Shown piece after piece: positions 37,762 through 50,263 of a stretch of DNA of 64,000 nucleotides. The notes beneath the pieces are model-generated. The model did no database searches. It saw nothing but the letters and a program-made list of their open reading frames with translations, and was not told the DNA's origin. How positions within the stretch are numbered: position 1 is the first letter of the stretch; the number at the start of each line of letters is the position of its first letter. The stretch lies in NCBI RefSeq assembly GCF_035594765.1, contig NC_085841.1, forward strand, positions 28,751,636 to 28,815,635, given 5' to 3'. Source of the DNA: Anolis carolinensis (lineage: Eukaryota). The position numbers and the translations under genes were made by a program.

Positions 37762-37850
37762 TTATGGGGACATGACAGCCATGTTCACATATTTGAAAAG
37801 ATGTCTCATTGAGGAGAGGTCAAGGTTTTTTCTGCTGTTCTGGAGACTAG

Positions 37851-38218
37851 GCTGAGAGGAGACATGATAGCTATGTACAAATACGTGAAGGGAAGTCATA
37901 GGGAGGAGGGAGCAAGCTTGTTTTCTGCTGCCCTGCAGACTAGGACACGGAACAATGGCTTCAAACTACAGGAAAGGAGATTCCACCTGAACATCAGGAA
38001 GAACTTCCTCACTGTGAGAGCTGTTCGACAGTGGAACTCTCTCCCCGGGGCCGTGGTGGAGGCTCCTTCCTTGGAGGCTTTTAAGCAGAGGCTGGATGGC
38101 CATCTGTCGGGGGTGCTTTGAATGCGATTTCCTGCTTCTTAGCAGGGGGTTGGACTAGATGGCCCATGTGGTCTCTTCCAACTCTACTATTCTATGATTC
38201 TATGATTCTATGATTCTA
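37851..38218 (+). mobile_element. Young 5'-truncated CR1 nested in the older CR1
   Basis: Uninterrupted ORF2 C-terminus (37864-38121); (ATTCTATG)n tail; CTAGG at both junctions. Confidence 0.93.
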
Positions 38219-38281
38219 GGGCATAGAGAAATTAATTCAAATGGCATGAAAAAAAGATTCCACCTAAACATTAGGAAGAAC

Positions 38282-38585
38282 AGTACTTTTCCATTATCCA
38301 GGCAGATTTCCAAAGGGGGCCTAGACAGAGAATGGGGGAATCCATTTTAATGGGGGAAGAGTTGAAGGAGGAAAACCATTTTCCCCATATTTTCTGGTTA
38401 TTCCCTCTTCCCACTTCCCATTTCATAGACAAGGGTTGTTTCCAGGATGGTGACATGGGTGGAGGGAATAACAGGGAAACAGGGTGAAATGGTTTAACCC
38501 CTTCAAACACCCCCCCCCCAAAATAGGCTCTACTTCTCTGTCTTCTGCCCCCACGTGGCCTCTGCCTAGATAATGGAACAGTACC
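38282..38585. mobile_element. MITE of about 304 bp; possibly Merlin-type
   Basis: 25-bp TIRs (A/G)GTACT(T/G)TTCCATTATC(C/T)AGGCAGA; 8-bp TSD GGAAGAAC at 38274-38281 and 38586-38593. Confidence 0.85.
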
Positions 38586-38863
38586 GGAAGAACTTCCTAA
38601 CAGTAAGAGCTGTTCGGCAGCGGAATATGGTGGTGTCTCCTCCTCTGGAGATTTTCAAACAGAGACTAGATGGCCGTCTGTCGGGGGTGCTTTGATAGTG
38701 TGTTCCTGCATGGCAAAATGGGATTGGACTGGATGGTTCTTGTGGTCTATCCCACATCTATAAGTCTATGGCTGTATGTCATGTGACACCAACTTCAATA
38801 TCAGTTTGCATGCCTCATGCAATAAAGTGTTTCCATGATGCTGCAAAGATACAATAGTCTGGC

Positions 38864-39720
38864 TTTTTTACTGTTTTTATTGAAATTTTATATGAAATTT
38901 AAAAAAATGAAAAAAAGAAATCAAGAGATGGTGTTTCCTTTACATTGAAAGTGGGAGAACATTTACTTATATAGAAAGTAGGAAAAAGAGAAAGAAGAAA
39001 AAAGGAGAGAAAAGACGAAGAAGAAAAAAGAAAAAAAGATAAAAGTTTGTTGACTTCTTTCTTACTTTTGATGGTCATTAAGTTTATTTCGAGTTAATAT
39101 TTTGTTATACAGTAGAGTCTCACTTATCCAACACTCACTTATCCAAGGTTCTGGATTATCCAACGCATTTTTGTAGTCAATGTTTTCAATATATCATGAT
39201 ATTTTGGTGCTAAATTCGTAAATACAGTAATTACTACATAGCATTAATGTGTAATAAACTACTTTTCTGTCAAATTTGTTGTATAACATGATGTTTTGGT
39301 GCTTAATTTGTAAAATCATAACTTATTTTGATGTTTAATAGGCTTTTTCTTAATCTCTCCTTATTATCCAACATATTCACTTATCCAACATCCTGCCGGC
39401 CCGTTCATGTTGGATAAGTGAGACTCTACTGTAATTGTTCCCTTCCATCTTCTTTTTTCCTTAAGATTGAACAGCTTCAGCAGATGAGATCTATTTTCAT
39501 CTGTTTTAAGTAGTTTTTAACAAGGTCCCAATTAGTTTCTTTCTTAGGTAAGCCTTGATTTGATGATAGCCAATAGGTAAGTCTGTCCATGTTCATAATC
39601 TCTAACACTTTGTTCAACCAATTTTCTTTTTTCGGTGTTTCTTTTTGTCTCCAGTTCCTGGAATACACTATCCTGGCTGCAGTGACCAAAAAGTTGATAA
39701 CTGTTCCTGTACCATTTTTG
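38864..39720 (-). mobile_element. L1-clade 3' end (ORF2 C-terminus plus 3' UTR)
   Basis: VTAARIVYSRNWRQ..WLNKVLEIMNMDRLT; T-rich UTR, AATAAA and A-tail on minus strand. Confidence 0.72.
39110..39431. mobile_element. Tc1/mariner-superfamily MITE nested in the L1 3' UTR
   Basis: Perfect 24-bp TIRs CAGTAGAGTCTCACTTATCCAACA; TA TSD. Confidence 0.93.
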
Positions 39721-40820
39721 AAGTAGTTTGATGGAAAACTTTACTATGTACATGGTGTTTAGGTTACACTTATAATATGTTCTTGGTCTAAAGATGAAGC
39801 AGGGAGATCTGCACTATGGTTTACCTAGATTTTAATTTTATTTTTTCCCTTCCACTGCTCTGTGGTTTAATGAAAGCTGAGCTGTCAGCCATCTCCTTCA
39901 TTTCATGCTGACAGCCCAGACCTTCCTTTCCTCAGTTCTATTTGATGTAGAATTTATATCAGCCACATGGGGAAAGAAGGAGAAGCTTCAACCGCTGGCT
40001 TTAATCTCCATGAGAAAGGAAAGGTGAAGATAGGGCAGTAAGGAGCACGGAAAGTCCATATATAAACTATGCTGCTTATTATAAGGTCCACCCTCAAGGG
40101 GTTTCAAAGATTAACTGCATCTCTTGTTTTCATTCTCTGTCTTACTCACTTTTTCTTTCTCACACGCAGATTTCTTTCCTGCTATGATAAATCCCCACTG
40201 TTCATTTATAGGCATCTGGTTTCCACACAGGAAACGCTTGCCATAATTATACGAAAATAAACTCACCATTCAGTTGTTGTTGTTGTTGTTTTTAAAAAAT
40301 GTATTTCAAATTAACAAAACTAGGAAAAATAAAGGGCGGATGGGAGAGAGTGCCCCGTCTCATTTGCCAAGGAGAACTGAAAAACCTGGTTGTGTATTTA
40401 GCCTGTCAGAGTGGTATTTTTCCAAACCTATCATGTCCCAGCTCAGCTTCAGGGACATAAAGAAAACATAGCAGGAGTTCTGAATTTTAACAAGAGCAAA
40501 ATCATTCCTTCCAGCCAAAAAAAAAAAGAAGAAGAAGAAGCAACTTGGGAGCTAAAAATAAAAACAAGCACCAAGTTTTTGGGGAATATAATTTTAATAA
40601 TGAGGCCTATTAGAGCAAATTAAAATTATTGTATTAGATAAGGTTGGAAACAAGCCTGCATAGTCATAATTGCATTGTAAGACACAAGAGTAAAAACCAA
40701 AATAAGTAACAAGTCAGAACAAATAAGATTAACCTTAAATATCATTTTAAACTGGAAAAGTCATGAAACAGAGAGAGCAGATCTAGAGAGAGGGTACATC
40801 TATACAGCAGAATTAATGTT

Positions 40821-41037
40821 GTGAGAAAATTGGCCGTCTGCAAGAACATTGCCCAGGGGGTGCCCAGATGTTTTAATGTTTTACCATCTTTGTGGGAGGC
40901 ATCTCTCATGTCTCCGCACAGGGAGCTGGAGCTTACAGAGGGAGCTCACCAGCTCTCCCTGGATTCTAACTGCTGACCTGTTGGTCAGCAGTCCTGCCGG
41001 CACAAGAGTTTAACCCATTGCACCATCAGGTGCTCCC
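40821..41037 (-). mobile_element. Vingi-tail SINE family copy lacking the tail
   Basis: Homologous to 1595-1873; stops just after the HDV-like body. Confidence 0.85.
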
Positions 41038-42302
41038 ATTCCATAGGATGGAACAATGGTAATCTTTTCCATCCTCATTGCAACACAACCCAAGCATTTA
41101 GACAGAGTATTTTTGCATTATCATCCAGGGAGTTCTAACGCTTCACCAAAATAAGATCCCCAGGATTGCGTAAGATGGGGTCATGGCATTTAAAACAGAA
41201 TCATGGTGCTGTAATTGTTGAATGTAAAAGGGCCCTTGGTTGCTGCAGGCTATAGGGCCTATTCAAAACAGTATTAGCACACCAGGGTGAAGAATCGGAA
41301 ATTTCCTTCCTCCCATGTGGTTGCAGAGAAGGTGGGGAAATGGCCTTGCACATTATTCAGCTCACCTATCAAGCATGAATCATCTATGTAATTATAAAAA
41401 TCATGCTGCACCTTTTCAAAATAAGGAATACTTTTTATTATTTTATTTGTACTGAACCCCTGAGAAAAATGTGTTAGCTTTGACTTCTGGTATATGTCTT
41501 TCATATGTTTCAGCAGAATTATGTAGATCTGGAAAGTGTTGCCTTTTACCTGCTAATTCAGGAAACTAAAGAAACTAGCATTATCAAATGAACGGAAAGA
41601 ACTTTCTAATATCCTCAATAACTTTTCTTCTTGTGTATACTCAGTCACAGCTATTCCATTTTTTCTCACATCATAACAGTTTTCAAGAAAAGTTGAAATG
41701 ATAACAAAATCTGACTGTTACAGTTCCTCGACTACAAAAGAAATCAACCTAACATTATTACAGTGTCAGTATGTACAGAAATAAAACCAAAGATGTTTTG
41801 ACTACAAGAATCCCCTCACATATATCCTGCTGCTGCCTTGTCTACCCGACTCCCCCATAAAAGAGGTTATTATTAGCAAGACAAGGCAAAGCTAGCAAGA
41901 AATCTTTATTCCTCTGCATTTAAAACATTATGAAGGGGGAAATAGGTTTAATATTGCAGGCAAAGAGCTTTTCCAGCAGAATTTTGGCAACTGACTGGTT
42001 GCTGGAGAAGGAGTTCTCAGTTGGTAGATATTATATGTGTATGTTCTTTAGTTAATCTGCTTGTGTTCAGTCTTGAATCCTAGTTTTAGAAAAGAAAGGC
42101 AACATAGATTTAAATAAATAATGACCCATAATTGAAATTCTATTTAAGTAGGATTGTTAAAAAAAAAAGACAACATTATTCCTTTAGAGCTTTCCTACTT
42201 CTTCTCAAATGTGAAGAAATGTCAATTTGTGAAAGAGGATTTCAAGACCCGAGTTGCCTAAACTGAAACTCACACCCAGAACTGAAGATCCCACCACCTT
42301 CA

Positions 42303-42467
42303 TGCCCCATCTACACTACATTATATGGTCCCCCATTTGAAACTGCATTATCTGGTCAATTTAGACTCATATAATGTAGTTTAACTGGATTGAACTGTAT
42401 CATATGAATCTACACTGATCATATAATACAGCTTAAAACTGCATTATATGGCAGTGTAGCTGGGGCC
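42303..42467. mobile_element. Harbinger-like palindromic MITE
   Basis: GCCCCATCTACACT / AGTGTAGCTGGGGC termini; TCA on both flanks. Confidence 0.75.
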
Positions 42468-42606
42468 TCATAGGTACATCTCAGTACCTTCTCAGTGGCT
42501 ATTTCCAGGCTCTGGATCTCCCTTTATGGTAAGGCTAGACTGTCAACCTTCTTCCTATTTTAACACAAGCACATACAAATATTTTCATCCATTTAAATCT
42601 GCTGGG

Positions 42607-42813
42607 GCCTGGTTTCAGGACCCCCTGTGGATACCAAAATCCAGAGATGCTCAAGCCCCATTATACACAGTGGTGTAATAAAATAATGCCTCTTATATAA
42701 AAATGGCATCCAGCTTAAACAAGTGCTGAAATTCGTTATTTTTTTCTAATATTTTCAATCCGTTGTTGGTTGAATCCATGGATGCAGAACCTGTGGATAT
42801 GGAGGATTGACTG
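42607..42813. mobile_element. Tigger/MER2-like fragment
   Basis: GGTTGAATCCATGGATGCAGAACCTGTGGATATGGAGG..CTG|TA; related inverted copy at about 49918-50130. Confidence 0.7.
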
Positions 42814-44294
42814 TATATATAAGATGAGAAGCAGGGGTTGTACAATATGTTGGCATTTTCATTGTTGTTGTCTTTATTTTTTTTAACTGTTTTCAACTTT
42901 ATGGTCTTTTTAAAAAAACTTTTGTATCCTGTGAATTTTAACTGTGTTTGCTTTAATTGTTGCAAGCTGCCTTGAGTCCCAAATAAGGAAAAGGGATCAA
43001 TATAACTAAATATAGCAACAATATCAACTTTTTGCACGACAATTCTCAAAATCTGCCACCAGTATGCCCCAACTCATGGAGGATTCTGGCAGCCAAATTC
43101 CAAAAACGAAAAGCTTTGCTGAGCTCTGACCAAATTTGGATCCTTATAATGCTCTTCTAGTCTTTACTAGAAATAAGAGCAAAGCTGATACATAAGGAAG
43201 AAAGTAAGAGGAAGTGGAGACAAGTTGAGAAAAGTTGTGTTTTCCTCGTTGCATCGATCTTCCTTCGATTTTAGATGGTGCATGCTTCTCCTGCTTGGCA
43301 GCTAAGGAGGCAATCTATATTACCACAGGGGCTGGGGCTGGCCTTGGGCCCATCCATCGCTGACCCTTCATTTTACATGAAAGGAGCTGAGCAATCTGTC
43401 ATTCAAGCAACAGCTGGACAAAGTTATAGCACTGGAATGTGAGGAAATTTATTTTAGCGTGATTCCATTTTTCCTAGTTTGCCTGGGTCCCAGGTGCCTC
43501 CGTAAAAGAGCCTTCCATATGTAGACCCATGCCAATGAGAACATTGCTCCCTTCCAAGCACCTCATCCCCTGAGTCGAAAGAGCTTAGCTTTGCTTTTGA
43601 CTTCCCTTCATTTAAGCCTCGTCAGAAACTATTTCCCCCCTTCTACTTGCTTAAAAAGCTGGCTCTCACCAACTTACATTCAAGCAAATATTTCTGCACG
43701 ATTCAAATTCCTCAAGAATGCATTTCATTTCCTTTGGAGAATAACAATGTTACTATTTTGGACTGTAACCCCCAGAATCCTCCAGCTGGCAAAGTCAATG
43801 GATACTGGTGACTGCTCAGTCAGTGAGGAGGTGATTCTGCTCGAAGCTTAGTTCGAATTTTAAAAGAGCTATCCATGGTGCTTAAGTTATTTTAAGAGAT
43901 TAGACAACCCATTTCAAGTTTGAACTAACACCCAAAGTGGATTCACCCTTTTAAAAAACCATTGGATCTATCAGTCTCCACTGAGAATTGTGAGCGGCTC
44001 TGCTGGTTGGGGCATTCTGGGGGTTCTAGTCTCAAAAATTAGCATTTCCAAACTTTGTACATATCAGAGCCATCCTTCCGAATGCTCTTTACAAAGGACT
44101 CTGCAGTGTTCTAAAGATTTAACTAGAAGTTACATCAATAATTAAACTATAATTCCATGCATCACTTACTTGTGTAACTCTGCCTTCCCTAGCCCAGGGC
44201 TCTACTGAAATTTTGTACCATATACACCATAATCCCTGAACTGATAAGAAGCTGATGGAAATTTTGCATTGAAAAACATCTGGAGAGCTGACCA

Positions 44295-44433
44295 GGTCCC
44301 TTCCATACAGCTGTATAAAATCCACATTGAACTGGATTATATAGCAGTATGGACTCAGATAATCCAGTTCAAAGCAGATATTGTGGATTATTTGCTTTGA
44401 TATTCTGGGTTATATGGCTATGTGGAAGCCCCC
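44295..44433. mobile_element. Harbinger-like MITE
   Basis: CTTCCATACAGC / GCTATGTGGAAG termini; internal hairpin TTGAACTGGATTAT..ATAATCCAGTTCAA. Confidence 0.65.
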
Positions 44434-45509
44434 CTAACTGAACCAAAGCAAAATGTAAAGGACCAATCAAATATTTTTAAAAGTTTACAAGTGATAACAA
44501 AATTAATTGATTGTCTTTGAATATTAATCTTATGATATACACTAGACAGATAAATACATCTATCACATCAGATATATAATACATATGATATGCTGCATAT
44601 AAATATAAATAATTGCAGCCAAAGTGAGTGAGGAACAGAGTCCCATCAATTTCAGCAGCAGCTGCCCCAGAAGTGGAGACTGGGACACTTTCACAGTCTC
44701 CACATAACTTCTAAACTAGGGACTGTGAATATCTATATAGCAGTCATGAGAGCATAACTCCAGGCTACACATTTCATAACTGGTAGGATTCCAGTCAGAG
44801 AAAGAAAGAAAAAGGGAATGGGGGATGGAGGGAAGGAGATGGATGGATAGGAAGATGATAGATGGATAATGTTGCAGATAGGTTTGTGAAGTGACTTATA
44901 GTTTTCCAATCACGGCCTCCCTGGAACCGCTGCACACTGGACAAGCAAGTGCCACAGAGGCAAGCAAAACCTAATAGAGCCCATTCACAGCAAAAACATT
45001 TTTTTAGTCAGTTAATCAGCTTGTCATCAGAGTACAACTACAACATCTGACTTTCTCCACACTCCGTTTTGTAAACTCACAGATTCAGTTTTTCATCCAA
45101 AAATATCAGGATACTTTAATCTTCATTGTTGCACTATTTACAGCTGTACAATCGGGATACATAGCTCCACAATCAGATTTGTACTTACAAATGATTCTCA
45201 GAGACAGAGAGATAGTCTCGACAAGACTAACACAGGAAAGAAAAAGATTGAGCACTTTATCTCCCTTTTATAACCACCCACTGACTTGTCATCAGTAAGG
45301 GACAAATGACTAATGCAACCCCTTGTCATAAACCTCCTGTGATTATGCCTCAGCCATTTCTGCATGCCCCTCATGACCTTCTCAATCATTTCCCAGGTGT
45401 GACTACATGTCCATCAAAACTGTATTTTCACATAGATTCAATGCTGAGGCATTTCTATCTAACAAATAATAGATGGATAGACAGACAGAGCCAACTGTAT
45501 GTGTGTGTA

Positions 45510-45680
45510 CTGTATTTCTTCAATTCTAAGAGGCATTTTGCGATATAAACATCCCTAAAAATAAGATGTGTCTGAGAATCATGGTGCTTTTTATATATAC
45601 ACAGAAAGCTTTCTTTCTGTTGGTGGTACTGAAATTAGTGTGTATTTCACAATCAATGGCATCTTACAATCAAATTTTCT
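45510..45680. mobile_element. Old Tc2-like (Kanga/MER104-type) MITE
   Basis: TA|CTGTATTTCTTCAATTCTAAGAGGC against GCATCTTACAATCAA; right end degraded. Confidence 0.5.
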
Positions 45681-45836
45681 TATGTTGTCTGTGGGCCCTG
45701 CCCCTTCTGTATTTTGATTTTCCAATGCACAATCTGCATAATGTGTAAAGTTACATGCATGCAGACATTCCCAGGGAATATTCTCTCTATCTCTTTTAAT
45801 TCTTTCTTGTTAAAATGAGGGGAAACACACTTTCGA

Positions 45837-45891
<55 letters not shown>
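45837..45891. repeat. (TC)n(AC)n microsatellite
   Basis: Directly visible. Confidence 0.95.
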
Positions 45892-45894
<3 letters not shown>

Positions 45895-46865
45895 TGCAAT
45901 ATTTCTGTATATAACAGCTCCCTTCCAACTTCCACATTAAACACGTGAAGATCAAGAACTGAGAAACAGGGTCTGGGATGCTGATATGGATGGATAGGGG
46001 AGGGGCATCTTGTGGTACCTTAAATATGTGGTTTATGGCCTCACACTTTGGAATGGGCACAGGCAGGGCTATTTCCTCAAATGAAATATAAATTTTCTGT
46101 CTCCTCCTCCACCAATGTTCCCAAGAAATTCACACAGCTTCTGATTGCTCTATTTCTGGCAAGATAAGATGTGCAGGAGCCAGAAGCACCAGGGACTGCT
46201 GGGATTTGCACTTCTGACCCAACTGGGAGACCAGGGCTTAACATCTGAAGTCTTTTATTCGCATTCTTTAACAAACAGTATACTTCCATGTGCAGTTTGA
46301 GGGAAGATTTGCTTGACATATTCATTATGGAATGGAAAAATATCCCAATAAAGAAAACCCTCGAAGGAACTCCATTGGAAAAGTGAGAGAAAGAAGCAGA
46401 GGTTGGGAGAGAAACCTGTGGACGAACTTAACAGCTGGATTAATACTAAGTTATTATTAAGCATCCATAGTCAAGGAAATGAATCACGATGTTCAAGAAA
46501 ACAAGGAATAACCCCAGGGGGACATAAGATAAAAAGAATTAAGCAGAGTAGATAAAACTTGCTCTCACCAAGATAAACAGTGTCCATGCTTGTATAAGTA
46601 CAGCTGCCTCATGCCGTTCTCTGTGTGAGGTAGCAGGGAAGAGGTAGAGAGGAGGTCAAGGCAAAAGGAGAATGCAGGTGTTGGGGAGAAAGTTGAGCTA
46701 CCCAGGCATATTTCAGCAACATTCCCACTGGCCTTCCTGTTATATCCAGTTGTACTGTGACTTCATCAAAGAATCCCATTTTAGCACAAAAACCTCATCT
46801 TATTCTTTGAAGGCCATTTTTTCCTTTGAAGGTGTTGGAAACAGCAACCTCCCAAGCCACTCACT

Positions 46866-47612
46866 TTGTGTATAGTTGGTAACCCATAATCTATATGTAT
46901 GTTGATTTGAGTCTTTGGTGTGGGAGAAGTTATAGACATGTAATTCTACTGAGCATGTGCAAACTCAAATCTCCATCATGTTGTATTAAGTTTCTGTTTA
47001 GACCTCAGAGGAGGTAGATGTATGCAAATTTTGCTGTTTGGATTCGGAAAGAAGTCAGTTTAGAGACTTCAATATTTGCTTATGGACTTCAGTGAGTACA
47101 GCTATGCTAAAGACTAGTGATTAAGACTCATACCCTGTGTTCTCAACACAGGGAGATGAAGCTACATCCTATCTGTAACCTAACTTTATTAAGAAATGTG
47201 CCTGTATGGTGAATTAATACAATTTATATTATTTTTTCAAAGAAGACTTTGTTTTTATCTCTGAGTGCATATTTTACTTAAGAGGCTTAAAGGGGGGTGT
47301 ATATCGTCTGGGCAACTTCAACTTCAAAGAAACAACCGCCCTCTGCTAACTAACTATACTTTTGTAGTGGCATGTCTTTACTCTTGGCAGTCTAAAGACA
47401 TGGTTCTTCAGTTTAACAGCTGAAATTACCTGTGTGCGATTACATTAAAGCTTGTGAATGTCACTTGTTAAAAGAGTTGATTTCTAACAAGGTTATGCTC
47501 TTCTTGACCAGTGGTTTTCCAAAGGTGGTCTCCACATATTCATAGAGATTCATTCACATTTGCCAAAAGAATATGTACCTATAGACTGAGTGCAGTTATG
47601 TTCCAGTAGTTT
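46866..47612. mobile_element. LTR-like interspersed repeat, copy 1
   Basis: About 750 bp collinear with 57720-58533 in the same orientation; no ORF, TIR or A-tail. The LTR call is inference. Confidence 0.6.
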
Positions 47613-48198
47613 ATGCAATAAGTTATGTTTTGCAATAGGTTATGGGATGTCCAATAGAAGGCAATCTCATCATAAAGATTTACCTGATTCTTCATGTGGA
47701 TCAAAACAGGAAACAACAACAAATGACACAACATATAGCATCAGTTACAAGAGCATATAAAACCAACACATATTACAATTCATCAATAAATACTTTAAAA
47801 ACTATAATCTAAAAACAATCTGGGCAGCCTTGATCTTTGCTGCTTAAAATAATCTGTGTAGGCACTGGTCTTTAGTGCTGATTTAAATACAGACAGTGCT
47901 TTGAAAGCTCTTCCAGCAAGTTGTTCTGCTGTCCAGGGGCAGCTAAAGAAAATGTCCTCTGGGTAGCAGTCAGCCAAGTTTCTGCTGAGTGACATAGCTG
48001 TCTCCCAGAAAACCTGAGTGCGCATTCAGTCCCCTTCTAGTCTCCAAACACGCATCCAATATTATGCTCTGGATATAGTCCAGAGCATAATATTCCATAT
48101 AGTACCCTGCTGTAGAAAGGAACACAGTTCAGATTTTAAAAATATATATAAACAAAAGGAAGCCTGTGCCAGAACTCTGTATCTCACAAGATTTAATT

Positions 48199-48304
48199 GG
48201 AGCCCCTGGTGGCACAATGGGTTAAACCATTGTGCCAGCAAGACTACTGATTTGAAGGTTGGGTTTCTGACCTGAAGGTTGCTGGTTTGAATCCGACCCG
48301 GGGA
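48199..48304 (+). mobile_element. Head-only fragment of the Vingi-tail SINE family
   Basis: Matches the heads of the 1595 and 50264 copies. Confidence 0.8.
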
Positions 48305-48361
48305 TTGCAGAATGTTTTGAGGGACCCTTCTGGGGTGGAAAACTTGTATGTGTTTGTGTGA

Positions 48362-48535
48362 GAGCCAGAACGGTGTCATGATTTGAGCACTGGACTATGA
48401 CTCTAGAGACCACGGTTCAAATTGGCCACAAAACCGATGGATGACCCTGGGCAAGTCACACACTCCCAGCCCCAGAAAACTCTGTGGTTTGGTTGCCATG
48501 AATCAGAAATGACTTGAAAGTCTTCAATAACACAA
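48362..48535 (+). mobile_element. Old CORE/MIR-like SINE
   Basis: GGTTCAAAT B box, TGACCCTGGGCAAGTCAC CORE motif, GACTTGAA tail. Confidence 0.7.
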
Positions 48536-49954
48536 AACAAATTAAAAGTGAAAACCACAACTCCAACACCAGTGATACAAAGAGCTTCAGGAAGAGATGT
48601 GGTGGAAAGTCCCATGCAAGGAGGTTTTTTTAAAGTTACCCTATTGAATTACAACGGCCAGATTGGCACAAATAATATCTTGCTAGCTTGGATTTTTTTA
48701 GAATTACAGCTCCAAACAGTAATGTTTTCAGAGGCCATCACAAGCAGAAAGGTAAATGCTGTGGTCCCTCAAGGCTTGCTCTTTAAAATATTTCAGGCAC
48801 ACACAACCTGCAAAAGTCTCATGGATGAGTTCCCCAGTGTTGAGACTGTTAAAAACAAATAATTATAGATTGCTACTGCTTGCTCGGGTAGCCAAGCATG
48901 TTGCTGGGAAAATTAACCATTCCTGTTTTCCACTAACCATGAATGCTAATTAAGAGTATCTGCCAATGCAGGCATAAATCAAAACTGTCCCATGATTCTC
49001 CTGGGTCCTGTGCTGGAAAATATCACTGCAGTTTATAGGGACTGGTGGGGGTGAATGTGGAATGTTTCTTTCTTAAAAAAAAAAATTAACGATAAAATAT
49101 TGGATGTAAATGCGCAGCACTTTATGCACCGCATCAGACAGGTCTCCACAGTAATTGTGATAAATGAGAAGGACCGGGCCAAGGCTGCAGTCATTTGAAA
49201 GGGGCTCTAAGGATTGAAAATATTACAATTGATTAAAGGTCAAATGCTTTAAGAATTTATCAGGGTTGTATACATTTTCTCATGACACCGGCATCACTTA
49301 CGCTTCCTGCAATGCTAAACAGAGAAGGCCTGCAAAACAGATCATTTGTAAAGCTCAAAAGCAGCTGCTGGTTTGGCTATGGTGAGTACAATTAATGGAA
49401 ATTAAACATTTCAGTTAGACAGGTAATACAGGAAAGTGTTGTTTCCACTGCAACTCTCCATTCATTTTCCTTTAGCTGATCTACCTCACAGGACTACAGC
49501 AGAGCATTTGAGATCTGTATAGCCCCAAGATGCTTTGATCTCCATAGAAGATCACCCAAGAGCCTGCCATTCAGACCTTGAAATCCTGTTCTCTTGCATT
49601 AATACAGACAAGAATTCTGTTCCAGAGGAAACAGGCTGTACAGAGAAATTAGTTCAAAGCTAACAATAGAATCCACCTTCAGGATTTTTTGAGGTTTAAA
49701 ATCTATGTTAGGAGTAGGACATTGTACACAACAGGTTCTTTGTTCAAAGTGCAGACTGATATAATGAATCAAATATAAGAAGGTGTTTCATTCATCCAAG
49801 TGACTTTTGGACCACAACAAATATTCATCCTGCAAGTAGTTGCACTGTTTATAAAACTATTTTAGTGATCAAAAATGTCTTCTTGACCTATTAGTGTTCT
49901 TGTTTATGGTTGGCCAATTCAACACCCATGGATTCAACCATCCACAGCTTGAGA

Positions 49955-49990
<36 letters not shown>

Positions 49991-50263
49991 CAAAAAAAAC
50001 AAACCTTGATTTTGCTATTTTATATAAGGGACACAGTTGTACTATGTTGCTGAAACATAAGCATCCAGAGATTTTAGCATCCATAAAAAGTCCTGGAATC
50101 ATATCCCAGCAGATATCAAGGGCTCCCTATACCAAGTCATGTTTTGAGTGAAATTTGTTCTAAAAGGGAAGTGGGCCATGTTTACCCTCTCAAGATACTT
50201 CACAATATCCTCCCCAAAGGGGCAAACACTATGAAAATGGCAAATTATGCTCCAAGAAGCCAC

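Larger units (their letters stand above)
36991..38758 (+). mobile_element. Old CR1 3' fragment split by four insertions
   Basis: Collinear pieces at about 36991-37110, 37390-37445, 37764-37851, 38221-38281 and 38586-38758 (LEYSIQFWA, RFHLNIRKNFLTVRAVRQ, LDGRLSGVL). Confidence 0.85.
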
